A DNA stretch of 64,000 nucleotides from Spirochaetia bacterium (GTDB lineage: Bacteria; Spirochaetota; Spirochaetia; SZUA-6; Bin103), in the NCBI GenBank assembly GCA_965203515.1, contig OZ241907.1:2176001-2240000 (forward strand), in the 5' to 3' direction. Under the pieces are notes generated by a model. That model saw only the letters and a list, made by a program, of their open reading frames with translations. It made no database searches and had not been told where the DNA came from. Positions within the stretch are counted from its first letter, which is position 1; every line of letters begins with the position of its first letter. Position numbers and translations under genes: made by a program. This document shows, one piece after another, positions 9,724-18,832 of this stretch.

Positions 9724-10727
9724 CGATCAACCTTCTTCGACGTGAAGTGCTGCTCGAACAGATCGGCTATCTTCGACGCCGCGCTCTCGTATCGTCCTCG
9801 AAGGTCCGGGTCGTCCCGCTCGAATTCATCGACGAGCTGACGCTGGTATTCGGATGCCTCGTCGCTGTCGGCGTGGGTCCGATAGTGGACCGACATCGCC
9901 TGCTCGACCGCCGCTGCGAGTTCGGGCACCGTCTCGGTATCCCCAGGAAGCTCCCGCAGCAGCTCGTACGGCGAAGAGATCGGCGCCTCCAGACGCGCAG
10001 CGAATATGCCGGCGACGTGCGTGCGCACGTTGACGCCCGTGACCGAAGTCTGTCCGCCGTACGAACCGGCGAGACCAAGGCTCAACAGCAGGTGTTGAAG
10101 ACCGACCGGCGGAAGCTGGCGGCCATTGCTGGTCAGAACCTGCACCAGAAAGGTGCCGGGCAGCACGAAGTGCCGCGTGAACAGGTTATCGGTATTCTTC
10201 TTGTCCTCGGCATTCCAGAGCGTTCCCGTCTCGTCACCGCGGTGATGGAAACTCTCGTCCACCGCATCACGATACGGCACTGTGCTCAGCGCGTCCGAGT
10301 ACTGCACCGCCGCCTTTACCGGAAGCACCCTCGTCCCCCACATCACGGAGTCGCCGAATACGAGAGTGTTCAGGTCAAGCGCATCCCGAATGGGCATGCG
10401 GTCGCCGACCGCGGTGCGGTTCTGCGGGAGCCGGCCGCCGACGCCCCAGGTGCGCAGCACCAGCAGGCCGCGGCCGCGTTCGCCGAACTTGAACTTGCCG
10501 GGAGTCGCCCTCACGCGGCGCACCCCGTTACGGTCCTCGATGTCCGTTATCTCTTCTTCCGCGTTGCGAAATACGGCTGGCGCCGTGATCTCGCGGATGA
10601 GGGCGACGACAATGTGCCCCGCGTTACGACGCGCCGGCATCACGTACGTGTCTTTGCCGTTCGCTGCGACCACCTCCTCGACGAGGCTCCCTTCGTTGAG
10701 GTATGGCTTGAACTTCTCGATCATCAT
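9720..10727 (-). CDS. csc2: Type I-D Cas7/Csc2
   Basis: IREITAPAVFRN, PGKFKFGERGRG, LVFGDS, VQYSDA, VLPGT, YGGQTSVTG; Csc2-like motifs; ATGA overlap with cas10d. Confidence 0.88.
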   Translation of the reverse strand: MMIEKFKPYLNEGSLVEEVVAANGKDTYVMPARRNAGHIVVALIREITAPAVFRNAEEEITDIEDRNGVRRVRATPGKFKFGERGRGLLVLRTWGVGGRLPQNRTAVGDRMPIRDALDLNTLVFGDSVMWGTRVLPVKAAVQYSDALSTVPYRDAVDESFHHRGDETGTLWNAEDKKNTDNLFTRHFVLPGTFLVQVLTSNGRQLPPVGLQHLLLSLGLAGSYGGQTSVTGVNVRTHVAGIFAARLEAPISSPYELLRELPGDTETVPELAAAVEQAMSVHYRTHADSDEASEYQRQLVDEFERDDPDLRGRYESAASKIADLFEQHFTSKKVDR

Positions 10728-11215
10728 CGTCTCCCTGTCTCCCCGGAGCGCTCGCTTTCGTGCTCCGCATCTTCTTCATCGGTATCGTTTTCTGACGTTT
10801 CGGGAATACCACGCTCTCGGTACACCTCCAATAGAGCAAAACGATATATCTCGGCGGCGCGCCGCTGCTCCTGCGATGCCGGTTCCATGCATTTGAAGAC
10901 GTTCCCCCAGACTTCGTCTGCAAAGTGCTTTGCGAACTCCACGCACGCGTCGCCCAGCGGCTGATCGTCGCGATGCTTTTTGGCGGCGGCGTCTTTCTTA
11001 CGCGTGAGGTTCGTTTCGAGCGTTCCCGCCAAACCCAGGATCAGAGCGGTTCTGTCGTCGCTCAGCGATCGTTCCGCACGCGGATAGAAGTCGAGCGCCG
11101 TCTTCCAGCATAGCAGCTGCTTGTTGGTCGCGTCTCGTGTGCTGCGACGTCTCTGGATTCGGCTCGCGAGCCACGCAAGCCGAATCAAAGGCTCCTGACT
11201 GTTCCTCAGACTCAC
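10724..11215 (-). CDS. cas11d: Cas11d small subunit, internal in-frame translation product of cas10d (163 aa)
   Basis: SD GGAGGT (11227-11222), 6 nt, then an in-frame GTG (11215) at the start of the helical C-terminal region; matches the known internal Cas11d translation in type I-D. Confidence 0.75.
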   Translation of the reverse strand: MSLRNSQEPLIRLAWLASRIQRRRSTRDATNKQLLCWKTALDFYPRAERSLSDDRTALILGLAGTLETNLTRKKDAAAKKHRDDQPLGDACVEFAKHFADEVWGNVFKCMEPASQEQRRAAEIYRFALLEVYRERGIPETSENDTDEEDAEHESERSGETGRR

Positions 11216-13720
11216 TGATTTACCTCCGGTACTTCTGATAAGCGCAAGCGCTCGCTCGCGTGCTCCGGTTTCGATTTTCGACCAGCCAAGATCATGGTCT
11301 CTGCCTCCCCGTCGATCTATCGCCAGTCCCCAGGCGACGCAGAGCGCGCCCAGCCTGATCGGATCGGGCTCAGCAAGCTGCTTGGCCCACCCGATTCCCA
11401 GACCAGGCTTGTTCGCCAGATTCTCGAACAATTCCAGACTGGACAGTGTCTTGTGTATCTGCTCGATCCGAAGCGAATCTCCGCCGAGCAGACGCTCCAA
11501 CCAGGCTGGCAGCGCGTCGGAGTGGAAGATCGCCGGATGCCGGCGCGGTGCGCCGCGAAAGATGTGGATGGGCCGGCCGAGCCGTTGGACGGCCGTGAGC
11601 GTCATGCGAAGCTGCACCACCAGTTCGGCGTCCTTGCTCGGCAACCTCTCCAGCCGCGCTATTCGTATCCGCTTTCTTTGGCAGTCGAGCCCTTCATATA
11701 CCCGTCCCTTCCTCATATCCAGACGATTGAGATCGTTCAGTCCCATGGATACACCGGCGACGTCTTCCTGCTGAAATGCAAGTCCGCCGAAGAGCCCTGT
11801 GGATGCCGGGGAGGAAATCAGGGGAGGCAGGTCGCCGCTGCCTTTGAACTCTTCCTGCGCCTGCCGGCGCAACTGCAGTTCGGCCAAGCATACCGGACAC
11901 AGGTGAGTATCTCCGGACGGTGACGCCAGATGGTCGTTGCGTCCATCACGTCCCGAGAAGGCTGACGCCTTGATGCCGTGCGCCCGCGACGCGGTGCTGA
12001 CGCTGCGCGAAGCGTCCACAGGCTCGTTGCACATTATGCAGCGTTTGGTCGAGGCGTCGCGGTCAAAAGGTTGTGCTGCCCTTGCAGTCAGGTAGGCGGA
12101 AAAGCGTGCACGCAGCGCATTGCGGATGTCGATGGACACGTCTTCGACTTGATCGGCCAGGCCGCCGCGCTCGTCATTGCCCTCAAGCCAGAGCCCGATA
12201 AGACCCGACCGGCCGACGATGCGATCGAGGATTCCTCGGGCCTTGTCCGGATCGTCCTCGGCCAGCCGCCACACCTCCGCGACTGTCCAGAGAGCCAATA
12301 CTACGCGACGTACCCGTCCGTCCTTCTTGATCGCCGCCACGACCGGCGGTGGTTCCTTTCCTTCGGCGTGAAGAAGGGCCAGGAGCTCCTGCTCCCGACG
12401 GTCGGCGTCCGGCGCAGCGGACTTGCGCCTGGAGTCCACGTGGTTGAGCGCAATCGACAGGTAGGTCAACGCATGGGCCGGCTCCATGTCGAGATCGCGC
12501 GGGTCTCCTCCCGGATGGTCCAGCGCCGGTTTCACGGTGGCCCCGGGGGCGCCGTCGAGCGGACTCCACGAGGTTTCCATCCCCGCGGCCTGAAACAGGT
12601 GGTCGATATCCTCGCTGTACTCCTGTGCGAATTGCCTGGGGAGTGCCAGCAGATTTACGAACCGGTGCCAGTCGTCCGTTCGCGCCATCACGGCGCGACA
12701 CGCTGCCCACGACACCGCGCCGCCGACGAACTCGCATGCCAGGCGATTGTTGACCGAGAACCGAAGGCCGTACGGAAGGGCGTCAAGGAAGCGGTCGAGC
12801 GCCTGTTCCTTGATGACGTTTGCCTGTTCTGCGGGTACTACGCACAACAGCTGCCCGTCATGCACGATTTCGACGAGCGGGAGCCGACCGGCGATTTCCT
12901 TGCATGCGTCGGAAAGCGCAAGCTGGAAGCGATCCAGGAGGAAAACGTGCAGGTGGTCATGGATTTCGACTTTCTCCCACTGCGTCAGTGCACGGTTTCG
13001 CAGTACCGGCCAGTGATCGGGATTGCGTAGCGAGGCGATCACACCGTCAACACCCCCGCCCCGCTCCCGGCTGGTGAACATTCCCTCCAACTTGTCGGCC
13101 AGCTCGATGTAGCGGCAGGTTTCGGCAATCGATCGGTCGTAGTCCGGCGCAGCGGAACTTCGGGCAGCCTGCGTGCCCTCCACCTCCTCGATGTAGTTGA
13201 GCATCGCGATTGGCGAGACCCGGATTCCGCGTTTCGACAGAAACTCGTCGATCCCGTAGCGGCTCATCCGTTCGGCAACGGCATCTACGGGGATCTCACC
13301 GCCGCGCTGCAAGCGCAGGTCCTTGTCGATGTCATGGAGGAAGGCGATGCACACGACGGCATGCGCCAATCGTTCCAACTCGGCGAGCTCCGCTTCACTT
13401 GACCATGGGCGCAGGGCATCGGCCAGCCAGAACATGAGCGCGCCCCGGGCGACCGACAGCAGATGATCGAGCAAGCTGATGTTGTCATTCTTCGCCCACC
13501 GCTCTGCCAGCACCGGATCATTGGACCATCCACCCTTGCCGCTGATCGTGGCCAAGCGCACCGGCCGGCCGTCGATCTTTGCCGCGCCCTTTCCCACGGC
13601 GGGTTCGGGCGCTTCACCGATGCGGTCCATGCCGACCCGTGCGACCACGCATTCGGCGATGAACGCGCCGTACACTTCCACCGCCGTTCGGTGGGCGTAG
13701 TCCTGGGACCGGAAGCTCAT
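10724..13720 (-). CDS. cas10d: Type I-D large subunit Cas10d/Csc3 with N-terminal HD nuclease (998 aa)
   Basis: LLDHLLSV...FLHDIDK...LADKL HD domain; CIMC...CPVC zinc finger; start ATG 13720 overlaps the cas6 stop (ATGA). Confidence 0.88.
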   Translation of the reverse strand: MSFRSQDYAHRTAVEVYGAFIAECVVARVGMDRIGEAPEPAVGKGAAKIDGRPVRLATISGKGGWSNDPVLAERWAKNDNISLLDHLLSVARGALMFWLADALRPWSSEAELAELERLAHAVVCIAFLHDIDKDLRLQRGGEIPVDAVAERMSRYGIDEFLSKRGIRVSPIAMLNYIEEVEGTQAARSSAAPDYDRSIAETCRYIELADKLEGMFTSRERGGGVDGVIASLRNPDHWPVLRNRALTQWEKVEIHDHLHVFLLDRFQLALSDACKEIAGRLPLVEIVHDGQLLCVVPAEQANVIKEQALDRFLDALPYGLRFSVNNRLACEFVGGAVSWAACRAVMARTDDWHRFVNLLALPRQFAQEYSEDIDHLFQAAGMETSWSPLDGAPGATVKPALDHPGGDPRDLDMEPAHALTYLSIALNHVDSRRKSAAPDADRREQELLALLHAEGKEPPPVVAAIKKDGRVRRVVLALWTVAEVWRLAEDDPDKARGILDRIVGRSGLIGLWLEGNDERGGLADQVEDVSIDIRNALRARFSAYLTARAAQPFDRDASTKRCIMCNEPVDASRSVSTASRAHGIKASAFSGRDGRNDHLASPSGDTHLCPVCLAELQLRRQAQEEFKGSGDLPPLISSPASTGLFGGLAFQQEDVAGVSMGLNDLNRLDMRKGRVYEGLDCQRKRIRIARLERLPSKDAELVVQLRMTLTAVQRLGRPIHIFRGAPRRHPAIFHSDALPAWLERLLGGDSLRIEQIHKTLSSLELFENLANKPGLGIGWAKQLAEPDPIRLGALCVAWGLAIDRRGGRDHDLGWSKIETGARERALALIRSTGGKSVSLRNSQEPLIRLAWLASRIQRRRSTRDATNKQLLCWKTALDFYPRAERSLSDDRTALILGLAGTLETNLTRKKDAAAKKHRDDQPLGDACVEFAKHFADEVWGNVFKCMEPASQEQRRAAEIYRFALLEVYRERGIPETSENDTDEEDAEHESERSGETGRR

Positions 13721-14445
13721 ACGAACGCCCCGGCGTGTCCGATGCAGCCGAAGCCGTAACGGTTCTTCTCGCCAATCCCGAGCGCCCACGCCGAACGCAG
13801 GTCTTCGAGCCGGCCGCTGATGAACAGCGGGCACAGCATGCCGATCACGAATGCCGGCTTCGCGCCCGGAACCGTCCGCGTGCGGACCAGTGTGGAGTGT
13901 TTCGGATTGGCTCGCAGGTAAAGCCGGTCGGGCTGGATCGTCAGGCTGACTGCCCGGCCGGTCAACCGCGAAAGGCGGAAATTGATCGCCTCCTCCAGAT
14001 CCGGACCCGCTTTGCTCAGATCATCGTGCCAGCGGCCCTTCCGGCCGCGTACCGACAGCGCGAGCGGCGAGAGCATGATGGCCCCCAGCGTCGCGAAATC
14101 TCCCGGTTGGCAGACTGCCGGGAGATCGTCGCGGCCGAGTTCCCAAGCGGACAGGTCCACGATGTCGCCGTTGGCCGAGGACTTCCGTATCGTTTCGGGA
14201 GCCAGCCGCTGCAGGACGGACTCCAGCACGCCCCCCTCCGCTCCGACCACCAGCGATTTCATGAGGAAGCCGGCGGGAGTAGCTGAGCCTACCGCTCCGA
14301 ACGACCAGTTGCCGGCGTCTCGACCTACTACGTCTGTTCCGCTCGCCCCGCAGGAAGTCCAGGCATTGACAAGAGCGCCGTGCATGCTGTCCAGGTACCG
14401 CACGCGCGCGCGCGCCCCCGGAGGAGCAGTCAGTCTGATCCGCAT
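13717..14445 (-). CDS. cas6: CRISPR pre-crRNA endoribonuclease Cas6
   Basis: C-terminal G-rich loop ALGIGEKNRYGFGCI and LSPL motif; SD GAGGTG before ATG 14445. Confidence 0.92.
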   Translation of the reverse strand: MRIRLTAPPGARARVRYLDSMHGALVNAWTSCGASGTDVVGRDAGNWSFGAVGSATPAGFLMKSLVVGAEGGVLESVLQRLAPETIRKSSANGDIVDLSAWELGRDDLPAVCQPGDFATLGAIMLSPLALSVRGRKGRWHDDLSKAGPDLEEAINFRLSRLTGRAVSLTIQPDRLYLRANPKHSTLVRTRTVPGAKPAFVIGMLCPLFISGRLEDLRSAWALGIGEKNRYGFGCIGHAGAFV

Positions 14446-14495
14446 CGCTTCACCTCGTGCTCCCAGATGATAGCAATATCCGATCTGATTTGATA

Positions 14496-14512
14496 CCTGC
14501 AAGTTCTGCAGG
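14496..14512. promoter_or_regulatory. Inverted repeat CCTGCA-N5-TGCAGG, putative WYL-regulator operator
   Basis: Perfect 6-bp arms in the 68-bp divergent gap between cas6 and the WYL gene. Confidence 0.5.
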
Positions 14513-14513
14513 C

Positions 14514-15356
14514 ATGATGAGTCATATGATGCTGCATCTGGCTCTCGGTCGTCACTTCGTGGAGAACATGCTGTACTGGCGGCGCCATCTGCGCGCGAGG
14601 GAGGTCCAGGAGTTCCTCGGCGTATCAGAGCGCACGGCCCGAACCTTGATACGGGGTTGGCGCATCGACGGCATCCTGCCCCCGTACCGGGCGGCGGACG
14701 CGCGATACCTCATCCCGCCGCCAGCGTTCGATCCGGGCCCGGTCGTGACGGATCCGAACGTAGCGCTATCGCTCCTGCTCATCGCCGATCGCCTGCCGGG
14801 AAATCCGTTTGCCACGGTCGCCCTGCCGGATGGCGGTCACGACGTGGCGTTCTCAGCACCGATTCCGTCGCAGGCGATTCGTAACGTGATCGCTGCGTGT
14901 CTGGACCGCCGGCCGGTATGGCTGCTCTACGCCGCCAAGACCGGCCGTGAGGAGTTCGTCTTTCATCCGTCGGCGCTCGTCCGTGCCCGCGGCCGCTATC
15001 ACCTGCGAGGCTTTCGCCGCGACGGGCAGGATCGCTCGGGCATGCCGCTCGACGATCGATTCGTAGATGTCGTTCCTGCCCGAACCGTCGAAGCGAGGCC
15101 GCAGGAAGACACGTCGTTCGTGGGATTGGCCGGCGACGTCGACTGGCACACGTTCGAGAAACGGGATTTCGTTCTGTCCGCGGCTCTGTCGGATGATGAA
15201 CGGCTGTGCTATGAGCACGAGTACGGCATTGCCGACAGTGGCGTTCTGGAAGTCACGCAACGGCGTGCCCTGATGCCGTACGTCCTGCAAGAGTTGTCCG
15301 AACGTCTCTGCTGGCGCACGGACGGCACGTCCGTGGGCGTTTGGGACATCGAGTGA
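14514..15356 (+). CDS. CapW/BrxR-like wHTH-WYL-WCX transcriptional regulator
   Basis: N-terminal FVENMLYW...VQEFLGVSERTA wHTH; WYL core HPSALV...RYHLRGF...RFVD; C-terminal DVDWHT...LSDDE...EYG...RRALMPY. The start could be any of ATG 14514-14529. Confidence 0.85.
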   Translation: MMSHMMLHLALGRHFVENMLYWRRHLRAREVQEFLGVSERTARTLIRGWRIDGILPPYRAADARYLIPPPAFDPGPVVTDPNVALSLLLIADRLPGNPFATVALPDGGHDVAFSAPIPSQAIRNVIAACLDRRPVWLLYAAKTGREEFVFHPSALVRARGRYHLRGFRRDGQDRSGMPLDDRFVDVVPARTVEARPQEDTSFVGLAGDVDWHTFEKRDFVLSAALSDDERLCYEHEYGIADSGVLEVTQRRALMPYVLQELSERLCWRTDGTSVGVWDIE

Positions 15357-15462
15357 TCCACCCCAGCGGCGCGCTCAAAGGGCTCGCCAAGCGTGGCGCC
15401 GGTCGTCGCCAGCGCTATACGCACGGAAGGTCACTCTCGTTTACGGCGTCGCAGAAGACCAT

Positions 15463-15540
15463 CTCCAGCAACGACGCCCACAGCGACTTGCCGAAGCGCC
15501 GCGGGCGGATCAGGAAGGCGTAGCGCTCCTGCTCCAGCCG
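15463..15540 (-). pseudogene. Fragment of an AAA-ATPase-like (RPRRFGKS) gene
   Basis: Manual translation RLEQERYAFLIRPRRFGKSLWASLLE; no start or continuation seen. Confidence 0.65.
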
Positions 15541-15629
15541 CCGCACCGGATGAGATCGCCGGGCGTTGCGTTGAACGGCGGCGTGTAGCAAGATACGCGC
15601 CCGCTGCCCCGCGGGTCGTCGAAGCCGCC

Positions 15630-17615
15630 ATGTCCAAAGCCCCCTGCTACGTCACCACCCCGATCTACTACGTGAACGACCAGCCGCATGTCGGTCACGC
15701 CTACACCACGGTGACCACCGACTTCCTGGCGCGCTGGCACCGCTCGGACGGCCACGACACCTGGTTCCTCACCGGCACCGACGAGCACGGCGAGAAGGTC
15801 GACAACGCCGCCGCCGAAGCCGGCCGGGAGACGCAGGCGTTCGTCGACCGGGTCAGCCGCCGCTTCCGCGATGCGTGGCAGGCGCTCGACATCTCCCACG
15901 ACGACTTCATCCGCACCACCGAGGAGCGCCACAAGCGCGTGGTGCGCGCGATCCTGCAGCGCATCCACGACGCGGGCGACGTCTACTACGGCGAGTACGA
16001 AGGGCTGTACTCGGTCGGCCAGGAACGCTACGTGGGAGAGGACGAGCTGGTCGACGGCAAGCTGCCGGAGGACCGCGACCCGCCGGTCCTGCGCCGCGAA
16101 GGCAACTACTTCTTCCGCATGGAGAAGTACCGCCACTGGCTGCGCGACTTCCTGGAAGCGAACCCCGGCTGGATACACCCGGCCGGCTACCGGTCGGAGA
16201 TGCTCGGCCTGCTGCGCGAGCCGGTCGGCGACCTGTCGATCTCCCGCCCGCGCGACCGGTTGCCGTGGGGCATCGGCCTGCCGTGGGACGACTCGCACGT
16301 CACCTACGTCTGGTGCGACGCGCTGATCAACTACGTCTCCGCGCTCGGCTACCCGGACGACCCGCGCTACCGCACGTTCTGGCCGCGCACCTGGCACCTG
16401 ATCGGCAAGGACATCCTGCGCCAGCACGCCATGTTCTGGCCGACCATGCTCAAGTCGGCCGGCCTGCCGCTGCCGGAGCGCATCCTGGTCGGCGGCTACC
16501 TGTCCGGTTCCGACGGCCGCAAGATGAGCAAGTCGCTCGGCAACGTGCTCGACCCCTTCCAGCTCGCCGACCGCTACGGGACCGACGCGGTCCGCTACTA
16601 CCTGCTGCGCATCCTGCCGTACGGCAACGACGGCAACGCCGGCGAAGCCGGACTGGTCGAACGCTACAACGCCGACCTGGCCAACGACCTGGGCAACCTG
16701 CTGTCGCGGACGCTCACCCTGGTCAACCGCCATCTGGACGGCGCGGTCGGCGCGCCGCGCCCGGGTCCCGCCGAGCGGGAGGTGCAGGAGCACGCCGACG
16801 GCTTGGCCGATGCGGTGCGCGGCCTGATCGCCGGGATGCGCCTCAACGGCGCCCTGGAGGAGGTCATGCAGTTCGTGCGCCGGTTGAACCGCTACTTCAA
16901 CGACCGGCAGCCGTGGGCGCTGGCCAAGGACCCGCAGGCCCGCGAACGCCTGGAAACGGTGCTCTACACCGCGGTGGAGGGACTGCGCCTCGCCGCGGTG
17001 CTGCTGGCGCCGGCCATGCCGGCCAAGACCGCGACGCTGCTGTCGGCGCTCGGCCTGCAGCCGCAGAGCGTCCGCGACGGGGCGCGCTGGGGGCTGACGC
17101 CGCCCGGCGCCACCGTCGATCCCGATCCGCCGGTGCTGTTCCCGAGGATCGACGCCGGCGGGCGGACCGGCGCCGGCACACGACCCCGGACCGCGAAACC
17201 GGCGCCGGAGCGATCCGGCCCGGAGCGTTCCGGGGCGAAGCCCTCCGAGCCGCCCAAATCCACCCACAAGGAGCCTGCGGTGAGCGACAACCTGATCACC
17301 TTCGAAGAGTTCGGCCGCGTCGACATGCGCGTGGCGGAGGTCCTGACCGCCGAACGCGTGCCCAAGACCGACCGCCTGCTGAAACTCGGCATCCGCATCG
17401 GCGACGAGGAGCGCACCGTGGTGGCCGGCATCGCCGCCTGGTACGAGGCCGAGCAGATGGTAGGCCGCAAGATCGTCGTGGTCGCCAACCTGAAGCCGGC
17501 CAAGCTGCGCGGCATCGTGTCGCAGGGCATGCTGCTGGCCGCCGAGGACGATGCCGGCAACCTGGCGCTGCTCGAGGTGCCGCCCGATACCGCCAGCGGC
17601 GCCAGGGTCAAGTGA
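15630..17615 (+). CDS. metG: Methionine-tRNA ligase with C-terminal tRNA-binding OB domain
   Basis: YVTTPIYY, HVGH, TGTDEHG, YVWCDALINY, KMSKS, C-terminal NLKPAKLRGIVSQGMLL. Confidence 0.97.
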   Translation: MSKAPCYVTTPIYYVNDQPHVGHAYTTVTTDFLARWHRSDGHDTWFLTGTDEHGEKVDNAAAEAGRETQAFVDRVSRRFRDAWQALDISHDDFIRTTEERHKRVVRAILQRIHDAGDVYYGEYEGLYSVGQERYVGEDELVDGKLPEDRDPPVLRREGNYFFRMEKYRHWLRDFLEANPGWIHPAGYRSEMLGLLREPVGDLSISRPRDRLPWGIGLPWDDSHVTYVWCDALINYVSALGYPDDPRYRTFWPRTWHLIGKDILRQHAMFWPTMLKSAGLPLPERILVGGYLSGSDGRKMSKSLGNVLDPFQLADRYGTDAVRYYLLRILPYGNDGNAGEAGLVERYNADLANDLGNLLSRTLTLVNRHLDGAVGAPRPGPAEREVQEHADGLADAVRGLIAGMRLNGALEEVMQFVRRLNRYFNDRQPWALAKDPQARERLETVLYTAVEGLRLAAVLLAPAMPAKTATLLSALGLQPQSVRDGARWGLTPPGATVDPDPPVLFPRIDAGGRTGAGTRPRTAKPAPERSGPERSGAKPSEPPKSTHKEPAVSDNLITFEEFGRVDMRVAEVLTAERVPKTDRLLKLGIRIGDEERTVVAGIAAWYEAEQMVGRKIVVVANLKPAKLRGIVSQGMLLAAEDDAGNLALLEVPPDTASGARVK

Positions 17616-17676
17616 CCGGGAACGATCGGGGCACGGAGGTCGAGACCCGTGGGTGAGCCGTCATGAGACGCGCGTC

Positions 17677-18831
17677 ATGAGACGCAAGGTGCGCATGGGC
17701 ATGGTCGGCGGCGGACGCGACGCCTTCATCGGCGCCGTGCACCGGATGGCGGCCGCCCTCGACGGCCACGTCGAGCTGGTCTGCGGGGCGTTCTCCGGCG
17801 ACCCGGACAAGTCCCGCGCTTCCGGCGCCGACCTCTACCTGCCGGCCGGCCGCGTGTACGGCACCTACCGGGAGATGATGGAGCGGGAGGCCGTGCTGCC
17901 GGCCGGCGAGCGCATGGACTTCGTCTCCATCGTCACGCCCAACAACGTGCACTTTCCGGTCGCCAAGGCGGCGCTGGAGGCCGGCTTTCACGTCATCAGC
18001 GACAAGCCCATGACCTACGATCTGGACGAGGCGCTGGCGCTGCGCGAGCTGGTCCGCGCCACCGGGCTGCAGTTCGGGCTTACCCACAACTACACCGGCT
18101 ATCCCATGGTCAAGGAGGCGCGGCAACTGATCCGCGACGGCTCCATCGGCCGGGTGCGGAAGGTGGTGGTCGAGTATCCGCAGGGGTGGCTCTCCAGACT
18201 GGAGGAGGCGACCGGGCAGAAGCAGGCCGGCTGGCGCACCGATCCGGCGCAGGCCGGCATCAGCTCCTGCATCGGCGACATCGGCACCCATGCCGAGAAC
18301 CTGATGGAGCACGTCACCGGACTGTCGATCACGGAGCTCTGCGCGGACCTGACCACGTTCGTCGCCGGCCGCAAGCTGGAGGACGACGGCAACGTGCTGG
18401 TGCGCCTGCAGCAGGGCGCCAAAGGGGTCCTGTACGCCAGCCAGGTCGCCGCAGGCGAGGAGAACGCGCTGGCGATCCGCGTCTACGGCGAGCAGGGCGG
18501 GCTGGAATGGCGCCAGCAGGAGCCCAACACCCTGATCGTCAAGTGGGCGGACCGCCACCGCGAGGTGCGGCGCACCGGCGTGGGCGATCTGTCGGACGCC
18601 GCGCAACGCCATACGCGCCTGCCGCCGGGCCATCCGGAGGGCTACGTCGAGGCGTTCGCCAACCTGTACCGCAACTACGCGCTGACCCTGCAGGCGCGCC
18701 TGCAGGGCGCCGAGCCGCCCGCCGGGCTCGATTATCCCACGGTCGACGACGGCGTGCGCGGCATGGCGTTCATCGCCGCCTGCGTGGCCAGTTCCCGGAG
18801 CGACCGCAAGTGGCACCGACTGGAGGCATGA
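17677..18831 (+). CDS. Gfo/Idh/MocA family oxidoreductase
   Basis: [37 protein letters not shown]. Confidence 0.92.
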   Translation: MRRKVRMGMVGGGRDAFIGAVHRMAAALDGHVELVCGAFSGDPDKSRASGADLYLPAGRVYGTYREMMEREAVLPAGERMDFVSIVTPNNVHFPVAKAALEAGFHVISDKPMTYDLDEALALRELVRATGLQFGLTHNYTGYPMVKEARQLIRDGSIGRVRKVVVEYPQGWLSRLEEATGQKQAGWRTDPAQAGISSCIGDIGTHAENLMEHVTGLSITELCADLTTFVAGRKLEDDGNVLVRLQQGAKGVLYASQVAAGEENALAIRVYGEQGGLEWRQQEPNTLIVKWADRHREVRRTGVGDLSDAAQRHTRLPPGHPEGYVEAFANLYRNYALTLQARLQGAEPPAGLDYPTVDDGVRGMAFIAACVASSRSDRKWHRLEA

Positions 18832-18832
18832 C

